A DNA stretch of 55,081 bases from a bacterium. Lineage in GTDB: Bacteria; Patescibacteriota; Doudnabacteria; UBA920. The stretch is taken from the NCBI GenBank assembly GCA_021825655.1, contig JAKAGU010000006.1:1-55081 (forward strand), written 5' to 3'. How positions within the stretch are numbered: the first letter of the stretch is position 1; every line of letters begins with the position of its first letter. The position numbers were made by a program, and so were the translations under genes. Below are positions 41,676-50,900 of the stretch, piece after piece. Under the pieces are notes generated by a model. The model was not told the DNA's origin and did not search any database. It saw nothing but the letters and a program-made list of their open reading frames with translations.

Positions 41676-43190
41676 ATGCAGAATTCGAAAAAACCTATTG
41701 TTGTAGCGGTTATCGGTGCGATTGTGATTTTGGCCGGGGGCGCGTATTTTAGCCAGGCGCTGAAAAAAAGGCCGCAGTACGACTATGTGCCGGTAAAAAA
41801 AGCGGATATCCAATTCGGAGTCAGTGCGGATGGAACTGTGAAGGCGGCCCAGGACTTAGCTTTGTCTTTTCAGAGGAGCGGCAGCGTGGCGGACGTTAAA
41901 GTAAAAATTGGCGACGCGGTAAAAAAAGGCCAGGTGTTGCTGGCTTTGGACAATAAAGACGCCAGCGCCAGTATTAACCAGGCCAATGCGGCGGTCCAGG
42001 CTGCCCAGGCCGCGTATGAAAAAATCTTAAACGGCGCGACCAGCGTGGATGTGCAGATGGCCCAGGTGGCTTTGACAAACGCCAAGGCAAACTTAGAAAC
42101 CGCCAAACAACAGCAGCAGGTGGCCGTGGATAATGCTTACAAATCTTTGGTAAATTCCGGCCTGGCTGCTTTGCCGGGCACGGGAAATATTGGCAGCGTT
42201 AACCCGATTATTACCGGCACCTATGTCGGCCAGGAACAGGGGCAGTATAATATCAGTCTGTCGGCAACAGGCAACGGGTTAAATTTTGTGGTCAGCGGCC
42301 TGGAAAATGCCACGGGCCTGGTTTCGGTTACGCCTGTGCCGTTTGGCACCAAAGGGCTGTATATCCAGTTCCCCAGCACCAGCGTGGCCGCGGGCAATAC
42401 TTGGACCGTACCCATTCCCAATACCCAGGCACCCACTTATATTACTAATTACAACGCCTATCAGGCAGCTCTGCAGACCCAGGCTTCAGCCGTTACTCAG
42501 GCTCAGGCGGCCGTAGATGCCGCCCAGGCCGCATTGGATTTTAAAAAAGCCAAGGCCAGGCCGGAAGACGTGGCTGCCGCTCAGGCCCAGCTCAGTTCGG
42601 CCCAGGCAGTTTTGCAGCTTGCCCAAAACGCCTACGCCAACGGTTTGGTGACCGCGCCGATTGACGGTTTGGTTACTTCAGTTGATGTAAAAATCGGCGA
42701 AACCGCTTCGCCCGGCAAGCCGGTCTTGACCATGATTTCCAGCCAGAAATTTCAGATAGAAGCCTACTTGTCCGAGTCCGAAGTGGGCCAAATTAAGCTT
42801 ACAGATCCGGCGCAAGTGACGTTGGATGCTTATGGGAGCGATTCGGTGTTTAACGCAAGTATTGTTAGCATTGACCCGGCGGGCAGTACGGTGAATGGCC
42901 TGACTGCTTATAAGCTGACCTTACAGTTTGAACAGGAAGACGATCGGATTAAAGCCGGCATGGGCGCCAATGTGATAATTGACGATGCCAAAAAACAAAA
43001 CGTTTTAGTCGTCCCATCTACTGCGGTTTTTCGCCAGAACGACCAGGCTTTCGTGCTGACCCAAAATAGTGCAGGCGGAGCAACCAGGACCCCGATCCAG
43101 ACCGGAGGCGAAGGCCTGGATGGCCAGGTGGAAGTTGTGAACGGCCTTTCCGAAGGCCAGGCGGTTGCAATTTTTGGGCACAATAATTAA
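41676..43190 (+). CDS. Efflux periplasmic adaptor (membrane fusion protein) with inserted domain
   Basis: N-terminal TM; biotinyl-lipoyl halves (VKVKIGDAVKKGQVLL; VTAPIDGLV..V.VKIGE); long Ala/Gln coiled coil; C-terminal GQVEVVNGLSEG. Confidence 0.85.
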   Translation: MQNSKKPIVVAVIGAIVILAGGAYFSQALKKRPQYDYVPVKKADIQFGVSADGTVKAAQDLALSFQRSGSVADVKVKIGDAVKKGQVLLALDNKDASASINQANAAVQAAQAAYEKILNGATSVDVQMAQVALTNAKANLETAKQQQQVAVDNAYKSLVNSGLAALPGTGNIGSVNPIITGTYVGQEQGQYNISLSATGNGLNFVVSGLENATGLVSVTPVPFGTKGLYIQFPSTSVAAGNTWTVPIPNTQAPTYITNYNAYQAALQTQASAVTQAQAAVDAAQAALDFKKAKARPEDVAAAQAQLSSAQAVLQLAQNAYANGLVTAPIDGLVTSVDVKIGETASPGKPVLTMISSQKFQIEAYLSESEVGQIKLTDPAQVTLDAYGSDSVFNASIVSIDPAGSTVNGLTAYKLTLQFEQEDDRIKAGMGANVIIDDAKKQNVLVVPSTAVFRQNDQAFVLTQNSAGGATRTPIQTGGEGLDGQVEVVNGLSEGQAVAIFGHNN

Positions 43191-43204
43191 TTTCGATTAT
43201 ATCT

Positions 43205-43900
43205 ATGAGCAATGCATTGAAGGAAGCGGAACAAAAAATTGAAGCCAAGGTGGAAGAAGCTGTGGTTAAGCTGGAAAAAGCCGAAAAAAAGCTAATGGAT
43301 AATCCCTGGGTCAGGGCAGGGGGAACGTTGGCGGTGATTGCCGCCGTGGTCGGTGGCTTGCTTTATTGGCAGTCGGCCAGTACGCGCATTAATATAGACA
43401 AGTCGCAAATTGCGGCCCCGCAAATTGCGCTGTCTCCCAGCCAGCCGGGCCAGTTGAGCCAGGTATTTGTGAATGAAGGTGATTTGATCAAAGCCAATAC
43501 GCCCGTAGCCAAGGTCGGCGATGAGCTGATTAAAAGCAAGGTGGCCGGGGAAGTGGTATCCGTAAAAAATGATATCGGCAAGAACTTTAACCCGGGTGAA
43601 GCCGTGGTGGTAATGGTTGACCCTAAAGAGCTGCGCGTGGTCGGCACAATTGAAGAAAATAAAGGGCTGGACCAGATCCATATCGGCCAGCTGGCGAGCT
43701 TTACGGTGGACGCTTTCGGCTCCAAGGAGTATGAGGGCGTGGTGGATGAAGTTAGTCCGACTGCCAAAGCCTCCGGCGTGGTGTTTAACATTTCCGACAA
43801 GCGCGCCACCCAGGAGTTTGACATTAAGGTCCGTTTTAACCAGGCTAAGTATCCGGAATTAAAGAACGGCATGTCCGCAAAAATTACTATTTTTAAATAG
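43205..43900 (+). CDS. HlyD/EmrA-like short adaptor protein
   Basis: TM segment, VFVNEGDLIKA, SKVAGEV, GQLASFTVDAF, ELKNGMSA. Confidence 0.8.
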   Translation: MSNALKEAEQKIEAKVEEAVVKLEKAEKKLMDNPWVRAGGTLAVIAAVVGGLLYWQSASTRINIDKSQIAAPQIALSPSQPGQLSQVFVNEGDLIKANTPVAKVGDELIKSKVAGEVVSVKNDIGKNFNPGEAVVVMVDPKELRVVGTIEENKGLDQIHIGQLASFTVDAFGSKEYEGVVDEVSPTAKASGVVFNISDKRATQEFDIKVRFNQAKYPELKNGMSAKITIFK

Positions 43901-43905
43901 CAGCC

Positions 43906-45420
43906 ATGTCCGATTCCGCCACCAAGACGCTTCCGGCGAGCCCGGCAAAATCCTCCAGTTTAAAATGGTGGATTTTGTTAACTGTGATTGTCGGCACTTT
44001 TTTGGGCCGGCTGGACCAGACGATTGTCAATTTGGCGCTGCCTAATATTATCGGCGATTTTGGCATTTCGGTTTCGGCCGCGGGTTGGATTGCCACTGCT
44101 TACATTTTGGCGAATGCGGTATTTGTGCCGATTTGGGGCAAGCTCGGCGACACTATTGGCCGGAAAAAAGTCTATATTTTAGGTTTTAGCATTTTTATTC
44201 TGGGCTCCGTGCTGGCCGGGTTGTCCTGGAATTTGAGCTCCATGATAGTTTTCCGGGTTATCCAGGCCATTGCCGGTTCTGCCGATTACCCCACGGCCAT
44301 GGCTATTTTAGCCGTGACTTTTCCGACGGAAAAGGAGCGCGCGCAGGCCCTGGGCATTTGGTCATCCTCTTTTGCGGCCGCTGCCGTGTTCGGGCCGCTT
44401 ATGGGCGGGCCGCTTATTGATAATTTTGGCTGGCGCTCCGTATTTTTAATCAACCTGCCTATCGGCATATTGGGTTTGGTAATGGCAGTGAAATTTATTA
44501 AAGAGTCCACCTCCGGCCAAAAGAACACCAGCTTTGACTGGTGGGGCGCCGTAACCTTGGGACTGGCTTTGACCTCGCTGGTGTTGGTGCTGGATAAGGG
44601 GACCGACTGGGGCTGGTTGTCGCTGAATGCCTGGCTGTGCTATGGAGTCATGGCTGTATTCAGCTATGTCTTTATTAGGATTGAACAGACGGTAGCCGAA
44701 CCGATTGTGGATTTAAAGTTTTTTAAGATTGGAGTATTCGTTAACACGCTTGTTAATAACTTTATTATATTCATGGGTATGATGGGTGGCCTGTTCCTGA
44801 TTCCGGTCTTCGCCCAAACGTACATGGGTTACGACGCGACCCAGGCCGGCATGCTGTTTATTCCCATGGCGGCAGCCTTAATGGCGGCAGCTCCAATTGG
44901 CGGGATTTTAACCGGCCGGGTCCAGCCGCGTTATGTGATTGCGGCCAGTACTTTTGTGGCAGCGATCGGTATTTATATGTTTTCGTTTTTGGACGCCAAG
45001 TCAGGAGCAATGGATATAATTTTGCCTTTGTCTATTATGGCTTTTGGCATGGGGTTTGGTATGGCCCAGCGCACCAATATTATTGCCTCCGTGGTAGACC
45101 CCCACGAAATTGGCATCGCTTCTTCAGTGCTGGCCTTGGCCCGGAACATTGCGGGCGCGTTCGGGATTGCCTTTTTCGCCACAATTTTAACTAATGTTAC
45201 CAACAGTAATGTTCTGCGCTTTGGCCAGCACAGCACATTGAATGCCCACGACGCTGCCAGTTACCAGACTTTTTTGGGTTTGATAATCTTGAAAGCCCAG
45301 GTTGACGCTTATAAAGTCGTCTTTTTGATTGCGGCGGCTCTGTTGCTGGTGGGAGCCATTGCCGCCCTTTGGATTAAAGTAAAAGAAGAGCGCACGGATG
45401 TGGAAGTGTTCGTGGAATAA
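43906..45420 (+). CDS. DHA2 (EmrB/QacA-like) MFS efflux permease
   Basis: LDQTIVNLALP, WIATAYILA, GKLGDTIGRKK, FRVIQAIAG, GPLMGG, WRSVFLINLPIG. Confidence 0.93.
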   Translation: MSDSATKTLPASPAKSSSLKWWILLTVIVGTFLGRLDQTIVNLALPNIIGDFGISVSAAGWIATAYILANAVFVPIWGKLGDTIGRKKVYILGFSIFILGSVLAGLSWNLSSMIVFRVIQAIAGSADYPTAMAILAVTFPTEKERAQALGIWSSSFAAAAVFGPLMGGPLIDNFGWRSVFLINLPIGILGLVMAVKFIKESTSGQKNTSFDWWGAVTLGLALTSLVLVLDKGTDWGWLSLNAWLCYGVMAVFSYVFIRIEQTVAEPIVDLKFFKIGVFVNTLVNNFIIFMGMMGGLFLIPVFAQTYMGYDATQAGMLFIPMAAALMAAAPIGGILTGRVQPRYVIAASTFVAAIGIYMFSFLDAKSGAMDIILPLSIMAFGMGFGMAQRTNIIASVVDPHEIGIASSVLALARNIAGAFGIAFFATILTNVTNSNVLRFGQHSTLNAHDAASYQTFLGLIILKAQVDAYKVVFLIAAALLLVGAIAALWIKVKEERTDVEVFVE

Positions 45421-45501
45421 AATGTCCGTTTAGTCCGCCTGTTGCTCCGTAGGTTATCGGGCAAAAACGTGGTATGATACTAATATAAAATTAAGAGTAA
45501 A

Positions 45502-46137
45502 ATGACAATGAAAAATAACAGTGTTTTAATGGAAACTTTCGAAAAATGGCTGCCTTTGGCCATAGCTATTGTGGTCATGGCAGGTTTGGTATATGTCGCT
45601 GTCCAGCAGAATTATCGGCAGTCAGCCAATGACCCGCAGATCCAAATTGCCCAAGACGTGGCCGCTGCTTTGTCTGCAGGCCAGGCGGCGCCGGGGAGTG
45701 TTGTACCGCCAAACCCCACCGCGGAAATGTCTCCCAGCCTTTCCACTTTTGTGGCGGTATTTAGCGCTACGGGCACGCCAATCGGTTCTTCCGCCGCCTT
45801 GGACGGAAAATTGCCCGTTCTGCCCGCCGGCGTTTTAGAGGCTGCTAAGCAGCGCGGCGAAAACCGGTTTACCTGGCAGCCGAAAACCGGTGCCAGGTTT
45901 GCTGTGGATGTAGCGTATTTTTCAGGAAAAGAAGATGGCTTTGTTTTGGCCGGCCGCTCGCTAAAGGAAGTTGAGGTGCGGGAATCCCAGCTCACCTTAA
46001 TGTCCGTAATTGCTACAGTGCTGGCCTTGGTCCTTACTTTTGGCGCAGAATACTGTCTGGCCATGAGGAAACAGAAAAAAATCGTTCCGGCGGGGCAGTC
46101 CGAATCACCCGAACCCGCAGAGGTGAAGCAAGCATAA
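45502..46137 (+). CDS. Hypothetical protein: two TMs flanking an extracytoplasmic domain
   Basis: YVAVQQNYRQSANDPQIQIA, FTWQP..G.RFA, GFVLAGRSLKEVE; architecture like a stand-alone sensor domain. Confidence 0.65.
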   Translation: MTMKNNSVLMETFEKWLPLAIAIVVMAGLVYVAVQQNYRQSANDPQIQIAQDVAAALSAGQAAPGSVVPPNPTAEMSPSLSTFVAVFSATGTPIGSSAALDGKLPVLPAGVLEAAKQRGENRFTWQPKTGARFAVDVAYFSGKEDGFVLAGRSLKEVEVRESQLTLMSVIATVLALVLTFGAEYCLAMRKQKKIVPAGQSESPEPAEVKQA

Positions 46138-46161
46138 GCTGTTCTTTGGCCTACTAATAAT

Positions 46162-46190
46162 AAAAGCGCCCCCATACAGGGGCGCTTTTA
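46162..46190. terminator. Bidirectional terminator
   Basis: AAAAGCGCCCC-CATACA-GGGGCGCTTTT between convergent genes. Confidence 0.75.
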
Positions 46191-46838
46191 TTATTCCTTG
46201 TTGTTGGAAGATTTTATATTTTTTCTCATTAGTTTGGATACAACCTTTTCAAAAATTCCCGCTGCATTGCTTAAATAATTATCCATCGCGTTTTTCATTT
46301 CTTTTTTCGAGTCAGTCACAGTTTTTTTATCCAATTTTTCAAGTTCGGGCGGCGCTTTGTAAAAAATATCGTGTTCAATTTCCGACCAAGCATGGTACAG
46401 AATTTGGGTTAGCTGCACTTCACATTTCAAGCCGGCGTATCTTGAATACTCAGTAAGCGACACGCGGTTTTGTGCCAATCCTAAAATCAGGTGCGTAGCC
46501 TTATAGCCGTTCTGCTTGTTGTTTTTTTCAACTTTTAAGTCATCGTTGATTTCTTTTTTTAGGTCGGCTATAAATTTTTCTATATCGCTTTCCAGATAAA
46601 AAACAATTCTAATCCCAGACAGATCTTCGACGTCGGAAAGTTTTTTATAAAATTTATTTTTAGCGTCAACCTTTTTTTCCAAGCTCGCCAGGTCTTTCGT
46701 GCGGCTGGTGATTTGGAATTTGTAACCCCTGTCATTCAACAGGCTGTTTAAAATGCCATACACAGCCTTAGAAAAATCTTCGTAAAGATTTTTCTTAATT
46801 TTGTACTCCTCAATTAGCCTTTGTGTTGTTTTTTTCAT
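46191..46838 (-). CDS. Stand-alone RelA/SpoT synthetase-domain protein (small alarmone synthetase-like)
   Basis: RTKDLASLEKK, VEDLSGIRI, GYKATH, CEVQL....HAWSEIEHDIFYK. Confidence 0.85.
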   Translation of the reverse strand: MKKTTQRLIEEYKIKKNLYEDFSKAVYGILNSLLNDRGYKFQITSRTKDLASLEKKVDAKNKFYKKLSDVEDLSGIRIVFYLESDIEKFIADLKKEINDDLKVEKNNKQNGYKATHLILGLAQNRVSLTEYSRYAGLKCEVQLTQILYHAWSEIEHDIFYKAPPELEKLDKKTVTDSKKEMKNAMDNYLSNAAGIFEKVVSKLMRKNIKSSNNKE

Positions 46839-47016
46839 TCAGCCGGTGATATCTGCTTGGACAGCTATTATATAATACTTTGAAAAAAGAAAAAAGTTAC
46901 AGCAATTTTTTGCTTAGTAATAAGCCCAAAACTTTTATAACGACGGGGGCTGTATTAAGAGGGGTGGCCAAATGCACCAAAAAATGCTACCCTTGAACTA
47001 AGGAGGTTAATCGTGT

Positions 47017-47427
47017 ATGACAAAATTTGTTTGGCAGGAAGAGTTCAGTTTGCACATTAAAGAAATAGACGATCAGCACAAGCAATGGGTTGGGTTGATT
47101 GGCAGATTGCATGATGCGATAACCCACAGACAGGTGGAAAAAGACTTGGAGAAAATTTTTGATCAGGTATCCGAGCACACGGCTTTACATTTCGCTACCG
47201 AAGAAAAATATTTTAAACTTTTTGGCTACGATGGCGCCGATAAGCATATTGCTGCCCATCAGGGTTTTACTAAAAAAATTTCTGACCTACAGAAGCAGAT
47301 GCATGCAAATAACAAGTTCCAAATTTCTTTGGAGCTTGCCGCGATGTTGGAGGTTTGGGTTACAAACCATGTGCTGGTGATGGATAAAAAATATGAAAAG
47401 TGTTTTCACGAACATGGCTTGCGTTAA
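47017..47427 (+). CDS. Bacteriohemerythrin
   Basis: IDDQHK, HFATEEKYF, HIAAH, WVTNHVLVMDKKY iron-ligand pattern. Confidence 0.93.
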   Translation: MTKFVWQEEFSLHIKEIDDQHKQWVGLIGRLHDAITHRQVEKDLEKIFDQVSEHTALHFATEEKYFKLFGYDGADKHIAAHQGFTKKISDLQKQMHANNKFQISLELAAMLEVWVTNHVLVMDKKYEKCFHEHGLR

Positions 47428-47460
47428 CTTTTTGCTCCCAATATAAGCACAATTTTAAAT

Positions 47461-47500
47461 AAAACAGTGTGGATAACCGAAAGGTTGCCGCACTGTTTTC
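47461..47500 (+). terminator. Hairpin downstream of hemerythrin
   Basis: AAAACAGTGTGG..AACC-GAAA-GGTT.CCGCACTGTTTT. Confidence 0.6.
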
Positions 47501-47937
47501 ATTTTACCAAGCTATCTTATTGAAATTTAATGTTAATGTAAGATTTCAAAGGGGAGGGAGGCTCTAAATACACAACCAATTTTGTGTTTCTCAAAAAGAT
47601 GCGGTGTATTATTGTTGGCCCCAAATGCACAATCATAAGGAAAATACACGAAAAATACAATCATTAAAAATGATTGTATTTTTAAAATTAGATTTACGTT
47701 GAAAATGAAAAGTAAATGAGTGTAATTTATGTTGTGCTTGAGCGGTTAATTTCAATGATGAAAACATTGGTATTTTTTAAAGTTCCACGGATATTTTTTT
47801 GACTATTCTGTTATTAGAAATTTTTCGACAGCATTTTTTTATCTTGGAATTCATTCACTTGGATAAACAGTCTAACTTTTTTGAATTCTCCGCCAAAAAT
47901 GTGATAATTAATATATAGCAAAGTTAAGTTCTAAAGC

Positions 47938-50900
47938 TTGAAATACAGACTAAAAACACAATCTATCAGGAGATATTTCCGTACACATTTTGAGAGAGAG
48001 TTTCTCAGCAAAATTTGGGCGGTCTTTTTGCTTTTAAACCTAGTTCTCAGCCAGAGCTTTGCCTACTTTGCCGCTACCCCGGCCCAGGCCGCAAACTTCA
48101 CTCCCAATGACCTGCCTACCCTAAGCCAGGACTACCAGCCGACCAAGTCCTTTGTTGTCTCGTCTTCCTCCACGCCCATGGCCTGGCAGAACCCCGAGCA
48201 GGGCTATGTAAGCGAGCTGGCTGCTGACGCTTCCTCTTCGGCTTTCTCCCTGGCTAACTCCGTGGGCTTAAGCGTGGTTGCCACCAGCACCGTGATTGTC
48301 GCTTCTTCCACTCCGGAGAGCGCGCCGTCTGAAACGGTCACTTCGTCTTCATCGCCTGAAGCTTCCACCACAACTATTCCTGCTGACACACAAAACGAAT
48401 CTTCCTCAACTCCTGCCGCAGACCAGGCTACTTCCACTCCTGCCCAGGAGGCGAGCACCACGCCTGCGGCCCCAGCTCAGGAGGCCAGCTCTTCACCGAC
48501 GGAGGCTGTTGCTTCCAGCAGCGCTGAAACTTCAGCCCCGGCAGAAACTGCTCCTGCTCCTTCCACTACGCCCACTGAAGTTCCGGCGCCAGCTCCCGAG
48601 CAGCCGACTCAACCTACGCCGGTTACTGAACCTGTTTCCGCTCCTGCCACCGACACGCAGCCGACTTCTTTGGCGCCGTCAGAAATTCATGCTCTTGCCG
48701 GCGATGTGCAGATGGCAGATGTTTTGCAGTCAGGAGCAGGTACGCTGCTTGGCCCTTCGGCTTCCAGTCCGGCAGTGGGCAGCACTGCTGCTCCCGACCC
48801 TGCTTTAGGCGGCAGTGCTCCGGAACTTTCTGCTCCCGCTCCCGAACCTTCTTCCACCACGGAAGCTGTTCCGCCTGTCCCTGCCCCCGCTCCTGCAACT
48901 TCCACTCAAACTGAAGTTGTCTCTTCCACCACTACTCCGCCTGCTGTCACCGAAGAAGCTTCTTCCACTCCGGTTGCCACTTCCACGCAAGACTCAAGCT
49001 CCGTTACTTCCACTCCCGAAACTTCCTTTACGCCCATTCTGGATTTAATCCCCACTGACCCAACTCCTTCCGCTACTCCGGTTTCTTCTGCCACCACCAC
49101 GCAAGACTCAAGTGCCGCTGCCACCACCACGCCCGAGGCTTCTCCGTCTTTGCTGTCTTCCGGGCTGGTTTCTTCCCCGGCCTTGGAATACTCCGGCTTT
49201 AAGCTTTCAGTTCCCAACCCTGGCCTGGCTACCGACACCAAGCCCACAGCCCTGAAGGTTAAGCTCTCCCTGTCCAGCCTGCCCGTAACTTCCGGCCAGC
49301 TGGTCTTGGAATATGCCCTTGCCACTTCTTCCTGGCAGAGCCTGACTGTCTTTGACCTGTCTTCCGGCCTTACTAACGCCACCCACAGCGGCTACTTTGA
49401 AGCCACTCTGCCTTTGGAACTCTACCAAAGCCTTTCTGCCCTCCAGCTCCGCCTGACCTACCAGGCAGACAGCCAAAGCTTAAACCAGAACTTAAACCAG
49501 ACAATCCTGTTCTTAGACGGCATTTCCGTAGAAGCCAATTACCCCGACTACTCCTGGGACGAGGCTGACCTGGCTGCCATGCAGCTGCCCCCCTTAACCC
49601 CGGAACAGTTCTCCCATTTGGAGTTCTTCGGGCCTTTGATGGAGCTTTTCATGCCCTCGGACTTGGGCACTAATCCCATTACCGTGGGCAGCAAGCAAAA
49701 GAGCCCTGACTTTTTACCTTTGCGCCTTCTGCCCTTGGGCGTATCCACCACCACCCCGCCTAACCGGGCCGGGGAGACGGTAACTTACCCTGACGCCTTT
49801 GCCTCCACCAACTTAGAGTACAAGCTCAACGATACCGGACTTAAGGAAAACATTATCCTCAAAGACCAGAATCATCCTGCTAAGTTCCGCTACTTGGCCA
49901 ACTTTGACGGTTATGACGCGGTGCAGACCAGCCCCAGCACAGTCATCCTTTACCAGAAGGGCCACAAAAACCAGCCCCTGTTTAAGCGCTACACTTTGTC
50001 CGCGCCCATCATGACCGATGCCAAAGGCATTACCTCTGACAAACTGGTCTTCAGGCTTAAAGGCAACCTGCTCACTTTAACCCCGGACGCCACTTTCCTT
50101 AAGGATGCCAGCTACCCCGTGGTCATTGACCCGACCGTGGAATTAAACGTGCTCAACGTGTCTTCCTTCCCCGTGGCCGGTTCCTACTGGACCATTGATT
50201 TTACTACGGTGGGGACGGACACCCTGACCATCACTCCGGGGGACCAGGACACCATCAACGACATGGATTTCTCTTCCTTAACCTGCAACGGTGCCGTTGT
50301 TACCCCGAACATTCTGCCCAATGGCGTCATCCAGGTGCCTGCCTGGACCTGCGACAACGTGGGCGAGGTGAAGTTCTTTGACAAGAAGACCGGCCACCAC
50401 CACATGATCTTTACCTTTGGCTCCGTCACCCAGGACGCTTACAACGGGGCCAATGTGTATACGGGAGCAAGCGGGGGGAACTGGAATGTGCCTACTAACT
50501 GGAGCACGGGCGCGGTGCCGACTTCCACGGATGACGTGGTAATAAGTACTGCAGTAACCGTGAATTTGACCGCGGCGACCGGGCCGATTAATTCATTGAC
50601 TTTGGGCGTATCCGGCGGCGGTACAGCCAGCACTTTGAATTTTGCGTATGATGCGATTAACCCTGCCGCACCTTTGACTATGTTGGGCAACCTGACGGTT
50701 TATTCCGGTGCGGTTATCACCCAGTCTACAGGTAACAGCGCTATTGTCGGCAGAGTTTATCTGAATGTTGGCGGGAGCGCAACGATTGCCGGCAGTATTA
50801 ATGTTGACCAAAAAGGCTACACCCAGGGGAATGGGCCGGGCGCTGGTAAAAATTACACAAGCAACTATGGCACCGGTGGTTCGTATGGTGGTCGGGGGTC

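Noticed and set aside
47468-47476. Perfect DnaA box suggesting oriC
   Set aside because: Single box embedded in a terminator-like stem; no box cluster and no dnaA/dnaN nearby
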